In this document: positions 32,930 to 46,600 of the stretch, one piece after another
How the letters are laid out: every line of letters begins with the position of its first letter
Position numbering within the stretch: the first letter of the stretch is position 1
DNA from: Lingula anatina
Taxonomy: Eukaryota > Animalia > Brachiopoda
Direction of reading: 5' to 3'
Assembly (NCBI GenBank): GCA_051362555.1
Contig: CM120648.1
Span: 10,102,587-10,166,586, forward strand
Length of the DNA stretch: 64,000 bases
Notes under the pieces: generated by a model
Seen by the model: only the letters and a program-made list of their open reading frames with translations
What the model was told of the DNA's origin: nothing
Databases searched by the model: none
Program-made: the position numbers and the translations under genes

Positions 32930-35900
32930 CGATAACTAGTTTTAACATTGGGAGAGAGAATACTGTATATTGTGTTAAATGCGACCCGTATATTATGTTA
33001 AATATGACACGCATATTGTGATTAACAATGCACCATACAGGGATGAAGCTCTGATATGTACTAATTGGGTCATTGTTGAAACATCTCCTTCTAACCATTA
33101 AGTTGCCTTGGGTCATTTTTAAGCATAAGTTAATTTTTTTTCAATATTTCAATCACCGAACTCTCCATTTATGTTATAGTGGATAATACAGTTGTGTTTT
33201 AGTTCCATTTCCTTCTTAGTGCATGTACAATCAGTATTTAGTTGCAAAATACATATTTATATTATTATGGCTTAAATATATCACCGATTCACTTTTATCT
33301 TTCAAATCCAGTCCCAGGAATAGTGGACCGCTTTCGTGGTATACCGTACGCAAAACCGCCTGTGGGAAGACTGAGATTCGCCAATCCCGAGCCACATCCC
33401 GGATGGGGAGATACGGTACTACTGGCCCAACAATTCGGTCCCCACTGCCCGCAGAGTGATAGCGATATATCCCTTTTTGCCAACCTAGGACGAACAATCA
33501 CCAACATCACACGTGACGAAGATTGTTTGTTTTTGAACGTGTACGTGCCACGCGGGGTTGATGTTCTACGTGCGACGGGCGTTCGTCTGGCGGTTTTGAT
33601 TCACTTTCACGGCGGGGCTTTTAAAACAGGCTCAGGTGCGTCTTTTAATGGGGATATCCTTGCGCTGGAGTCCGATGTCATCGTCGTCACTATAAACTAC
33701 AGATTGGGTTTTCTGGGGTTCTTCAGCACGGGGACTGACGAGGCAAGGGGAAATTACGGTCTGTATGACCAGCACTGGGCTATTAAATGGATACGAAAGA
33801 ACGCTGAGGCATTTGGCGGAGACCCTGATCGCATCACTTTAATTGGTGATTCTGCAGGAGGAGCGTCGGTGGATTTTCAGATGATCTCTCCCCTAAACCG
33901 TGGTTTGATCCAGGGAGGGATATCTGCCGAAGGGTCGAGCTTGGCTCCGTGGTCTCTGACCGAGTCTCTCAACGTCAGTCTTGAGTTTTCTAAAATGGCC
34001 GGTTGTGATATGGATGAACCTTCGGCAAGACTCCGCTGCCTCCGCAGTAAGGATGCCCAGGGATTAGTAGAGATAAAAGAGAAAAGGTTGCGTGGTGTAC
34101 TCAATTGGCGACCAGGTATTGACGGGGTTTTGATCCCAGTGCATCCGCGAGATCTCTTGAGAAAAAACGTGACATCCGGGCTTCGATATATGACTGGCTT
34201 CTCCTCCCACAGCGCCAGCATCTTTGCACTTCCAGTGGCTGGGGATCCCCCTACCGTTGCCCAGCAACGCATCAATCTTGAAACGTTTGCATCACTCGCC
34301 TATCACCTCAAAATGAAAAGCGCCAAGGTCGCTTTTGCCAGGTCGATGCTTCATGAATACGGCCTCCTCCAAGACCCCATGGAGCCATTGGAAATCTTGA
34401 CACGTCTGGTACAACAGAACACCGACTTTCTCTTTGGAATGCCTGCAGAGGAGTCGGCGAGACTGAACGCAGCGGGAGGTGCCACAGCGTACAAATACAC
34501 ATTGTCGGTCCGTCTTGGCCATCCACCTTCTTACCTTCCCAAGGCGCCCTTTGTACGAGCTGATCACTTTGACACTCGCATTCTGTATTTTGGTGTTTTT
34601 GAAGAGCACCCGGAGCTTTATAATTTGACGGCTGAGGAAATGGAACTTGGAAGAAGTATAAGACGATATATAGCTAACTTCGCAAAATATGGGTAAGGGC
34701 TTATCAATATGCGTAATTGAAGCATGTATGATACATGCAATTGTTAATGAAAACACGGTGTATATAAAGTTTCAATGGCCATAATGTCGATGAATTTTCA
34801 TTAATCCAAACTTCCTGTCTTGAAAACGGCCCATCACAAGCATGACGTCAGGATGTCGTTTTTATGTCGTACTGACGTCCAAATAACGTCATAAACATAT
34901 AATTTCATTCTTTTCTTTTTTCTAAGCATTCAACACTCTCGTCCTTTCAGTGACCCAAATGTCGGTGACCCGGTCAGTGTCCAGTGGCCAGAATATACAG
35001 CGTCCTCCGGACAATTCATCAACCTAGACACTCCAACTACCGTGGAAACATTCGACAGGGAGCGCCAGTATCTTTTTGTCACCGAGGTCATTCCTGCAAT
35101 AGTGAAGCTTGGTCTAGAGGCTGACGCGATGGCCACACGGGCTGGACAATTCCAACCATGCCTTGGAATTGATTTGAGAGCGTTTCAAACGCCCTCTTTC
35201 CTCAGGTATCAGTATTTAATGAGGCTGATGAGATATGCTTAGAAAATCCCAATGAAAAGGATATCTCCGAAGATTCCTTTGGGTGTACGAGGTTTAGCAC
35301 GGGCATAAATGGGAATAGATATGACCTCCTCCAGATATTTGCATTTTTTTAATTTCCAAAGTACAAGTATGTTCAATACTTTACTGTGCGATTAAAGATC
35401 TAATTAGTTGAATCGTAAAAGTAGTTCAACGCTATTTTTCTCTGTATTTTTTATGATAAAAACATCGCTTACCTCATTGATTTCCTGTTGTACTTTCTTC
35501 TGAACATGTGGCTCATTCACCATATGGACAAGGGACCATCTCAAAGTATTGGCCGTTGTGTCGGTGCCGGCCATGTACAGATCGGCGATTGTGCGAAAAA
35601 AGTTCTTCTCTAAAATTTGATTTGAGTAGTAATTGTGCATTAAAATGCCAGAGAAGATCTGATTAAAAGGATAGAGAGCACAAAAGGGTGCATCACTAAT
35701 ACTATTTCGATATAATATAAATGTGAAAATACTTATTGAAAAAACTCAGGAGAATATTTTCAGACAAAAAATAATTGGGATAAATTTAGATTTATAAAAC
35801 CGAAAAGCCAATTATGCAAAATCGGCTTTGCAACACTGTTCTTATATATTTTCACACTATTAAGAATACTTATTGACCCATTATAATTGAGAACAAACAC

Positions 35901-37754
35901 CTCTCATTGTTACTCAAGGGGATTAGTTAAAAGAATGATGGATGTTCCGTAAAACGCAACTTAGTGGTCAAAGGGTAAAACTTAACCCCTAAACTGACGA
36001 TACGCATTGTGTGATATTAAACATGCTTCCTGTCGAATAGCGGTCGAGTTTTATAAAAATGAAGCGATTGCAACATTACCTGGACCTGTAGCATTCTTTT
36101 CATTAGGGTCCATTTAGAATAGATGATCCGAGTACTAACCGCCGTGGTGACAGGAAGACCAACGGGAATCAGCGGCATATAGCTTTCGGAGTGTGATCGG
36201 TCATATTTAGTCGGCGGATCAGTTAGTACTCGGATCATCTTTTCTTCAATCATACCAGTGAAGACCTCAGGATCCTGTCCCTCTTGGGTGACCTTTATAA
36301 AGAGGTCAATGAAGTCCCGGATGTCATTTGGATCAAAGGTCTGGCGGTGTCGTTCCAGTTCTTGTGCAATCAATTCACGTAGACGATTTACGAGGGCAAA
36401 TATTTTCTTTGTCTAAAACAAAATTGAAAATGTATGCCTATTTATCTACCTTAACAAGTAGATACTAAACCCTACTCCGAATGACCGGTTCATTACAATG
36501 TGATAAAATCTGATACAAAATGCGATTGTTCTATCGGGATAGAAGTTAAATTCATTTTACGTCAATTCCAAGGCCAGTACGTGTATTGGCATGCATGTAC
36601 CTAGTGAGATTTAAGCAGTACAGTATTTCAGTTATTTATTATAGATAAAGCAATTCACAAAAAATTATTTCAATTTAATTATATATTACCGGCGTAAAAA
36701 CGCGTCCAAAGTCTGTGAAGATTAGAATTCCGGTAAGTAACCGCAACGTCTGATCCACATTCGTCAACATTTCTGAAGGTTCGTCATAATTCCACCTGTA
36801 AATAGACAGAGTCAATATGACACATTGTCCCTTAACGCCCACATTGAGCTTCATAGTTTATGCATTTATTTTTACGAAAAGACTATCATTTACAACTAGC
36901 ACTCTTCTTCACGTACTGGTACTACATGCACATGTACATGCCATTCGTAAGGACTATTGATATTGAAAGACACAATGTAGTTTCTAGTACTGGTAATCGT
37001 TGAAACTCGGGGTTGAAACGGTAGGAGCTTGCCAAGGCATGGAATTGAGATACCAGAAACATATAAGTATGAAACTTAATGTACCAGCACTCTCTTCTAA
37101 GGTAAATTTCTGGTCCCTTAGTTTAGATTGATCAAGACTTTGTAAAAAAGAAAAAAAAACTACCTCGTGCCAAAAACAACTATAGAAATGATGTTGCTGA
37201 CAGCCTTTCCAATCCTGTCCCTGGGAGAGAAAGGATTTCCATTTTCATCTTCCATACTTTGCACCAAGTATCTAGCCTCGTCTTGAATCCTTTCTTGCAA
37301 ACTATGTTTGCCCACTCCGAGATCTCGAAAAGACGAGAGTGTGAAACGCCTGAGTTCTTTCCATGCATGGCCAGAATTCATTATAACTCCAGCTCCTGTA
37401 ACGAAAATAAATATGCTAATTAATATAATTAACATTTTGAGTTTGAATTATTCGGAAATTATATTTATAAAACATCTATATACCGGTATAAACATTAAAT
37501 TAAGGACTTATTTTACTGAATTACTTTACTCAGTGACAGCATAAATGCACATATAACAGTACATTCTTCAAGATTTGAGTGAAACTGTAACTGCATGCTT
37601 ACAGTACTGTGATCTACTATTCAGTTCCAGCATGTTAGTATTCAATGATAAATAAATAATACAGATTAATGAATGAATAAACGTGTCCTCATATACAGAC
37701 ACGGAAGGTAAGCTCTTCCTTTTTTTGACACTGTGAATTGCCCGGTGCAGGGAG

Positions 37755-37832
<78 letters not shown>

Positions 37833-38637
37833 CCTTGCTCAGTGCTAGTACATGTACACTTCACCTCTCTAACTTAAAGTTTCAGAGGTCATTCGTATAT
37901 ATATATATATATATTTTTATTAGCTTAAGTCTTTTCAGTACCCAGAGGTTCTTACACACGTACAATGCGTGACCTCTGCAACTTTTTTCACAATGCACTT
38001 TTGGGACGTGCGATAGATGACCTATTTAGAGGGTATTCAGAACAAGTTGATCTGCTCTATTACAGATCCGGTGATCAAATATGGCCGACTCACTTAAAAA
38101 CTTGTCGCATTATCCCCCTAATAGACACTGAATAGATTCCCCCCAGGGATTAAGCGGTAAGCTTTCAAGTAGGTCGGCCATATTTGATTCGCGGATCTGC
38201 CAGCTCGCGGATCAACTTTGGCCGCGAATGCAGCCATTGTGAGTATACATACCGTCCTTTCCCACTAGACGATCGAAGATATAAACCCAAAGCGGCCTTT
38301 CACTCACTGAACTCGCCTTCTTCACGAAGGCCTCTTGTTGCAGCTCTTTAGTCCCCAGTATCACCATGTGCTGTTCGCCAATTTTGATGTGCATGATATC
38401 TCCGTAAGTATCATACCACGGAAGAAGAACTGTCGGTTGTCGCCTCCTCCCGCTGATTATCAGCTGTGGGAGACAGCCCACCACGGGAAAACAGAAAGGC
38501 CCGGGCGGCCAGTTCACCCGAGGCGTCCGAGGCGTTAACGCCCACAGACTCAGCAACAATACTGCCACGAAGACCAGAACAGTGGCTGGACCAAGCGATG
38601 ACAAAAGATCGCCCAGGAAAACTACGATATTTGCCAT
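29074..38637 (-). CDS. Cytochrome P450, CYP2 clan, 8 exons
   Basis: Exons 38637-38253, 37395-37164, 36795-36690, 36412-36256, 35609-35473, 30313-30217, 29821-29615, 29255-29074, all in phase. Motifs: N-terminal anchor plus PPGP, WKELRRF, AGTDTT (I helix), EVFR (ExxR), PERW, FSTGPRVCLG (heme Cys). Confidence 0.95.
32306..35242 (+). CDS. Secreted type-B carboxylesterase/cholinesterase-family protein, nested antisense in CYP intron 5
   Basis: Exons 32306-32447 (signal peptide), 33312-34692 and 34951-35242. Motifs FRGIPYAKPPVGRLRF, EDCLFLNVY, HGGAF, NYRLGFLGF, GNYGLYDQ, FGGDPDRITLIGDSAGG, ADHFD, NFAKYGDPN..WPEY. Confidence 0.93.
38063..38199. repeat. Short inverted-repeat element in CYP intron 1
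   Basis: cagatccggtgatcaaatatggccgac ... gtcggccatatttgattcgcggatctg. Confidence 0.65.
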
Positions 38638-39883
38638 GTTGGTCGCAGTTTTTTACTTACAGAACGCTACCACAATCTTGCTGCACTATGGACGGTGACG
38701 ATAACACAAAATACTCAATGTAGACGCGTTCTTAAGTATTAAGTTCATGTGTACTAGGGCACAATATGCCCTCTTTCGCTTAACTGAAACAACGCAATAG
38801 AGCGAATAATGTAATCAATAACACAGCGAACAATACAGCAGTTGGTACATTATATTTGCTCTATTGCAACCTGGATAGTTGATGGAATACTATACGCGTT
38901 TGCATGCCCCATTTATTAGAGTTATATGTATTCACTCAACCTAGGGCCCTCTCCTCTTTAATTGATACAGTCCACGATTAACAGCCATGTAGGATTGCGC
39001 GCTCGGCTATATGGAAACGAAAGGACTACACTTGAGTCTGTGGTCCACGCTAGAAATTTTAAGTTCTCTCCATCTTGTTCAGTGCGCATGGGGGGGGGGA
39101 TGGAAATACCTTCTGTGGTGCCTATTAGGCATGCGGTCATCACACTGGGACGGGGGGGGGGGGGGATGCTCTTGACTGTTGTCACACCACATCTGTAGTA
39201 GAAGGAAAACTCTGATGCAACTGCAAAGCAGACAGGCAACCCTTGTTTGCACCCTGTCGTGCATGGAGACATGGAAACAAGGAGCTAGGCATTAAACTAA
39301 ATAGCAAAAGATTAATCAAAGTAGAAAGGAATTGGTGAGGATAAACCACTACAAAATACGCAAATAAGGTAAATAAGCACATGTTTCTCAAGACTGGAAA
39401 AATAAAGCGGAACAAAAGTGTTGAGAAAAAGTTTTTTGTGGTAAACTTTGGTACTGTGTATTGCACTAAGCAGACTGCACTAAAAATTCTGTGGGTGCTT
39501 TTTAATAAGTCGACACAAATTCAATTAAAAGTACCCCTATAATACGGTTGCTCTGCCGTGCCCGTACGGGGCACCGGTAGTATTAATTAGGTCGAGTTTA
39601 TATTATCGAAGGAAAGAGAAACATTCAAACGGGTGTTTTGGGGAAGATGTGGTCATCGGTCTTTCTACAACAAAGAATTTTGTAGTTTGAGCAATAAAAG
39701 AAGCCTTCAGATGAATGCTTTCTGGGGTAACGGTTCAAGACTGTTTTATAGTATGTACCCGTCTTCCCTTGTGTGCCCCCTCCTGAGTTAAACAGATTTA
39801 TTGTTATTACGTAAACGGTACTCTCTTGAACATCGTGAGCAGCAGCATCGGACGTTCTTCGCCAACGTGGAACCTGATACAAT

Positions 39884-40329
39884 ATGTTGAGGTAGGGTGT
39901 TATATTTATCTTAGTTCCAAACCTTCATTCATAAAAAAATATAGAATCAAATCCAAGATATAGTCAGACACCAGGTCGTGAACTTGACTCCGCCCCTCAA
40001 CTGAAACATCCAAAAACCGAGATTGCTCAAAGTAAAACCAGATTGTATCCACAAGAACGTTCATCTCGCCATGTAGTACTGCTTGGAAAGATCAGCAATA
40101 GGAACCTGTAATAATATATTTGTATAATGTTTAGAATGTAGCAATAGACAGAGCGTTTGTCCAGGGAATTGCAATAAATTCCTGATATTTTAATGGAGAG
40201 ATTTAAATGTTGATCATTTGTTATCTTACAGATGGAGCATGGAAAAAATTCGTTTCCAGCGCAGGCTGGGTGATTGAGGTCTTAAATACCATTCTGGTTT
40301 ATGGTTCTGGGTATTCGGGTATAGTTGAC
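39884..40329 (+). pseudogene. Relic copy of the tandem secreted-protein gene (exon 1 and truncated exon 4 only)
   Basis: ATGTTGAG|GTAGG at 39884 in the same context as the other copies. 40232-40329 encodes FVSSAGWVIEVLNTILVYGSGYSGIVD and is then cut by a MITE fragment. Exons 2-3 are absent. Confidence 0.75.
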
Positions 40330-41322
40330 TATCGTTTAACTAGCGTTTAGCAGCTTAAGCAGGCGTGGCAGACATTTAAGCCACTAAAGCTGAAAGCAAT
40401 TAAGCAAGAAACCCTGTGGAGATGGACCAATTCTGTTGGATCGATCCAGGAATGGAACCCCAGTAACATGTGCTATTGGTGCACATTTTTGTCTTGTTCT
40501 GAAATAAATAAAAAATGACTCACTTAGTTTTCTGAAATGCATACCAGTATGTTGAAATGCATACCAGTATGTTGTAAAAATACCAACTCTCATTTTCTAC
40601 CTTACTTGCAATGATCATAACTGACCACCCGGCATGGAATGTTACAAATGCAACTGAACATTGTGTATACTGAATAGGTGTGGAAGGTAACCAGTATTTC
40701 ATGATCAGGTACACATCACAGAGACAGGAATGGTATAAGAAAATTGGTCTGATATAGTTACCGTAAAAGACTTTTAATCACAAGTACTAGAGCTGTATTA
40801 CATTAATAAACCATGGTGTCCTGTAAACTACACACAAAACTTACTTTTTAATATGTCCCCCGACCGTTGATGATACGGTCTATACGGTGATGCCGTGAAG
40901 CCAGTGACGGTCGGGTGTGAGTTGTCTACAGTTGGTCCCTTTCTTCCAACAAAATACTACGACCTGGTCTGTACTTTAACTGCAATGCACCCTACGAAAC
41001 AACATAAGCAATTCGCCATTGCGTTGACTCTATCTTAAATTACATGACAACGCCAAATTTTACTCAATGTAGTCCTATAACATAGACTCGTGCCCGACCG
41101 CGAGAGGAGTTGCTATGGCAGATTTTAACCCAACCTTTCGTTAAATCTCGCTCTTATATATCTAGGTCTCGTTTGACGTCATCTGCTGCGCAGATATTCA
41201 AAATAGGCTATCTCGAGCAGCCCGTATCATTAAAATATTACGCTGACGGTACTTTAAGCACAATCCCCAGATTTTGAGGAGTAGCATTGGACGAGCTTCA
41301 CCAACGTAAAACCTGATACAAG

Positions 41323-43571
41323 ATGTCGAGGTAGGTCGTTATATTTACCTTCGTTCCGAACCTTTAACCGTGGAATTGTAGCAATTTCAGTATGATAACT
41401 TTAAGCGGCATTTTGATGTAGACGGTAAGGTAGACGAATCAGATAAATGCTCATGGCCCGGATGGAATATATGTCAATCTATATACAAAAATAAATGAAT
41501 AAATAAATAAATAAGTAAATAAAAAATGTAAAACACGTCGCAAGTTTTTGAGCATTCAGATTATAATCAACATTGATATGGTTTTCTCAACATCTTCAGT
41601 TCCTGAAAATAGATTGAAAATGAAAGGTTGAAAATGAAAATTAACCTGTGATAAGTTTACAATTTTAAGGTAATCTGTTGGTTGCATAAATGCTGCCGTT
41701 GTAGAACAAAGCCATTTGATAGGTTGACCTGTGTTATATGCTTGCAATAATCAGTCTTTCTCGTCAAAATGAAGCATCGGTGTCCGGTATTGGTGTTCGG
41801 AACCGCACAATAAATAAAAAGTATAAACAGGCTTGAAATACGGACACCGTTATATAAGATATATCAGATAACGCATTAATACTGCTTTCCAGGGCCCGGT
41901 TGCACCAACCGGTCGTAAGTGAGGCGTAGCAGTTGCGCCGGGTAAACCGGGCGCAAAATGCTACGCCCGAGAAAAGCCAGTTGCACCAAACTAGAATAGT
42001 GTTTACGTCGGTCTTAACTTAGTCGTAAATTTACGCCTGCTAGCTAGGTGGAGTAAGTCGGTCGTAGCTCGTTTTCCACTATGGCTAGGCTGGCACAGAG
42101 AGAGTTTGATGACAATTATCGTAGTTAACGTAGATTATGTGGGTTGTTTTTTGTTTGTTTCTTACACAAAACTTCCGTCTGTATAGCTTGGTTTTTAAAA
42201 AACTAATTTTATACACTTATATATATATATAAGTGATAATTAAATACATTATGTGTGTAGCCATGTACATGTACATGCATGTGTTCAAATTAAATCTTAC
42301 CACTTATGTCGACACGCCTTGGCTCTCAGCAGTACGGTTTCTTTAATTCTTTTCACAATTTTTGACAAACCATAACTAACCATAGTCATTTTTTATTCAA
42401 ATTTTATATCATTCATATTTTACTATATATAAACATAGAGACGAAAGCTTAAAATATCAACATTTTAAGGCTCATATAATATGTATTAGGTCTCTTGTAT
42501 TTCTCAATCTCCAAGATGTAAGCTCGATTGAATTAAATGATACCTCGCGGTGTAACCATAGATAAAAAAAGGTCATGAAATTGTAGTAAAATTATAAAAA
42601 GAAAGCAATGCTGGCTTTTTTGGATTATTTTCAGACTCAAATGTTCCAATAACAAATGTGAAAGTGTTCAAATCCATTAATAGAAATACGTACTGCCTCC
42701 AACGCGTTTTTCTCATTTACAACAGCATATTATAATAGCATACGATAGCATACTATAATAATATTTTGATTCGGAATATATTTACGATTTTATTGCTATA
42801 TATCCAAGGCAACAGCAAAGTTAACGTATTTTAACGTTCTTATTTCTAAATCAAAATGGAATAATGTAGCTCATGAATTTCTCCGTCACTGAAATGCTCC
42901 TTTTGTGTTTATTTATGTCATCATTCCATTATGACTGCAGCTGAGAATTCCTCATTTGCCCAATTATACCATCCACGTATTGTTGGACAGAGGCGCAACG
43001 GAGCATTACTCGGGCGTAGTTACGACGATCAGTTTTTGTCTTGGTGCAACGGGCGTAAGCAGGGAGAGTAAACCTGGCGCACGGACGCCAGGCGTTGCGG
43101 TTTACAACAGTCGTAGCCGAGTAAATTTACGACCTGTTGGTGCAACCGGGCCAAGATTCGCGGTCAAAACATCAACGTGTAAATCGCTATGAGGAAATCC
43201 AACGCTGACAACAATAACCAGTTTCAATCATTTAATATTCACTCGCTTCTTCGGGTGCATTCTGCTGATTGTGGAAAGTCCCACTCTTTAGAATATTATA
43301 CAAGCAAGGATTCTTAAAGTTAACTTTTAAATCTGATAAATTTTAATTAAAATTGTTAATAACACTGTTTAGCTCTATTTAACACTATTTAACTTAACAA
43401 AAATTATTATTAGGAATTACGGACTACAAACCAAGACATTCCGTACATGAACTGAAACATTAATTTATAAATTAACCTAGATGAGTTGTCAAAATGAAAC
43501 CAGTTTAAATCCACCAGAGCGTCCATTTTGTCATTCTGTACTGCTTGGTGAGATCAGATATTCAAAGCTAC

Positions 43572-43647
<76 letters not shown>

Positions 43648-46600
43648 CACTGTGTGTGGCAGACAGTAAATAAAATAAATTCAATTAAAGCATATAGCTC
43701 TTTCCTCTATAGACCTATATTTCAGCGGTTGATACAGATTCAACCGACGTTTATAAGTCTCTTGCATTGACATTCATAGCCAGATCTCTCGATCAACATT
43801 CTCTCGGAGTTTTAATAATGAACAAATTACCGTCCCTTCCCCAAGTTTATAATTATTATGTTTGAAGATCTGATGGTCAATAAAATACATACATACATAC
43901 ATACATACATACATACATAGAGAATAAATAAATGTCCACACCCTAATTTATAATTGTGAAGTTTCAAGATCTGATGATCAATTATATATAACTCAATGTC
44001 GCACCACGTTGATAGATAGATAGACAGATAAAAAAGATATTTTAATTGTGATTGTGAATTTTGAGCAAAAGCAATACATCGAAAGAAACATATTTTCGCA
44101 ATATCAGCAAGTGAAGCAGTCAAGATGTTGTTCTTTCAAATATTGCAAAAAGTACCTAATGCCGACATAATTTCGAAGACTATATCAAAACAACCAGAGA
44201 TGCTTTAACGTGGCGAGCTTTAAAATCATGCACACTATTTTAGCTACTGTATGTGTAACCTGCGGGGATACCAGTATGTTCAGCTTAACATCGACAGCAA
44301 AGTGAAGTGCCGCTAGTATGTCTACCATGCGGGAGCCTGCGGGTTATTCATGCTGCCTGTCGCGGTAACCGAGGAAATGACATTGTCACACATGCGGTGT
44401 TTGATTTCTCTTGACAAAAGTACCCTGCTCCTTCCCCGTAGGATAATAATCGTGTCTTATTTTCTGCCAGCAAAAGAGTCAACTCCTAGCCTGCTGAGAT
44501 AAAGGTCGAAGCTGAGCATGATCGCAGTTAAGGGATCGTCCAAGCGTAAATTGACCGACATTGCGCGGTGGCTTCAATCCACTTATATCACTCTACTCTG
44601 ATTAAAACTTAATTAAACGCCCTCTCCATTCCAAGGAGCATCTAACGATGGGAATAAACTTACTCAGCCATTAGATATTACTATCTATGAAAACAGCTCG
44701 GCGCGATTTTTATTTCGATGACGTTTTTCAGTCCAAACAATTTAAATGGACCTAATTATCAATCAGCTGACACGTAAAACAGACTACTCGTAAAACATGA
44801 AAAGTTTATATCACTGATTTTTGTGTCATCGTGTCAGCTGGGAAGTGGACGGTATACATCGCCTATCGAATTTTGCAAACCATCACCCAAGGATTCCTAA
44901 CAGATAATTACGACACAAGGTACGCTTCAGACAAACTTTTATTTTACATAACATTATTCAACAGATATAAAGACGCAGAAAGTATTTGAACTGTTTGTTA
45001 CTTACCAACCAGGTGGAACGATGAAAAACATTTATGTTTTTGTGATTTCAGAATTACTAGAGCATTGTTCTGTGTGCTCCAGTGCTCATTGTACGTTCAC
45101 TGTGTCACACAGAGGTGTCCTTTCTCATCCGTAGAAAGCGGGGGTGGGTGGAATTTCGTATTTCGTTTGAGTGGAATATGGACAGGGCTAGTAGAAAACT
45201 TCATCAGATTTAAACAACACCATGCATGTGTTGGGAGAACAGAGTAAGTGCCATTAGTATGACGCTCGGGTACCTTATTGTAACATTAAAGGTAAAGGAG
45301 GCTATATTGTGAAATACTCTTTACAACAAATCATTGTCTTCACTGGTGAAAAGAATTGTCTACTAAGACAATGACTTATGTAAATTAATGTACTTATATA
45401 GTTCAGTATTTACAACTCAGATGGAGAGTGGTATGTGTAACTGAACAAATTATATATCGAAGTACAGTTGTAGCATATTTACTTTTGCAGCAACCAGGCC
45501 ATAGTTGAATTTGGACGGGATGCAGTGAAATATTTTGGCGACCACTTTGGAATAAATATGTCTGCTTTGACCGATTCTGATATACTACATGGACGTGTCC
45601 TATTAGAGGGGGGAAGGATGGTGTTTCACCCCTACCACCTCAATCCAGTTGCAAAATGCAGTCTTGTTAATGGTAAGAACTGATTTATAATTTGATAAGG
45701 CAAGTCTGGTGAAAGACTTTTTCTGTTGCTTTCAAACTAATGTATCATATTTCGTAATCCGATTCTACTAAGATTTCATAGCAATGTGCAAAGCATACTT
45801 TTTCCCAATTTTATGTTATTCTGAGTAAGTTCGAGCGGATCATGAGTTTTGTATTACGGCGTTTTATTTGCGAGGTCCTGCCTCATGTGGTACATCTTTT
45901 ATTAGTCAGAGGCATACTGTATAATGCAGCCAATGTACAATATAAGATATCGAGCCATGAAGACCTCTGTTACTTGTGTTTGAGGTCCAAACATCCTTAA
46001 ATGAGTAAAGTCTTAGTAGTGGACAGAGCATCTGGGGTGGAAGTTGAAATATATTTATGTCGTTTAAGTGGATTTAATGATTATTTGACAATTTGTTACA
46101 TTACAGACAAGAAGGGTAGAGGGTTCGTTTCTAACGTGGGCTGGGTGATTGAGGTCATTAACAACATTCAGGTTAACGGAACTGGGTATACAGGAACGCT
46201 TGATGAAACCAATTCAATATTTTATGGGGAATACATAATCGGGGTAAGTGACATTGCATACAAGCTGTCTTCAAAGTCCTAAGTCATATTATAATTTATT
46301 CATTTGATTTGAGTTCGTATCAGTGGTTAAAGTTTTGTAGATTAAAATTTCAAGATACCTAGACCAAAATGTGTTTGTGGTCTAAGTTGATACAAATTGC
46401 TTTAGTCCAAGCTAAATTTTTGGAACCTAGAATTTTATGATTTTTTCTGTTCTTAATAAGTGTATTCTCATAGGGGTCCTCTTCAGCATGGTAATCAGCT
46501 TATGTTGGTCAACTGAAACTATGCAGAGCTAGATATCGCCAATTCTCGTTGAAATATACAGACAAAAATTCTGTCCCAACCCTGATTTGACCCATGTACT

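Noticed and set aside
29822-35472. Initial impression that the CYP lacks its ExxR exon
   Set aside because: The exon is present at 30313-30217 (MPYTEATILEVFR); it is simply missing from the ORF track.
40462-40800. Possible minus-strand exon fragments next to a MITE
   Set aside because: Splice-like signals exist, but no coherent frame or recognisable product could be built.
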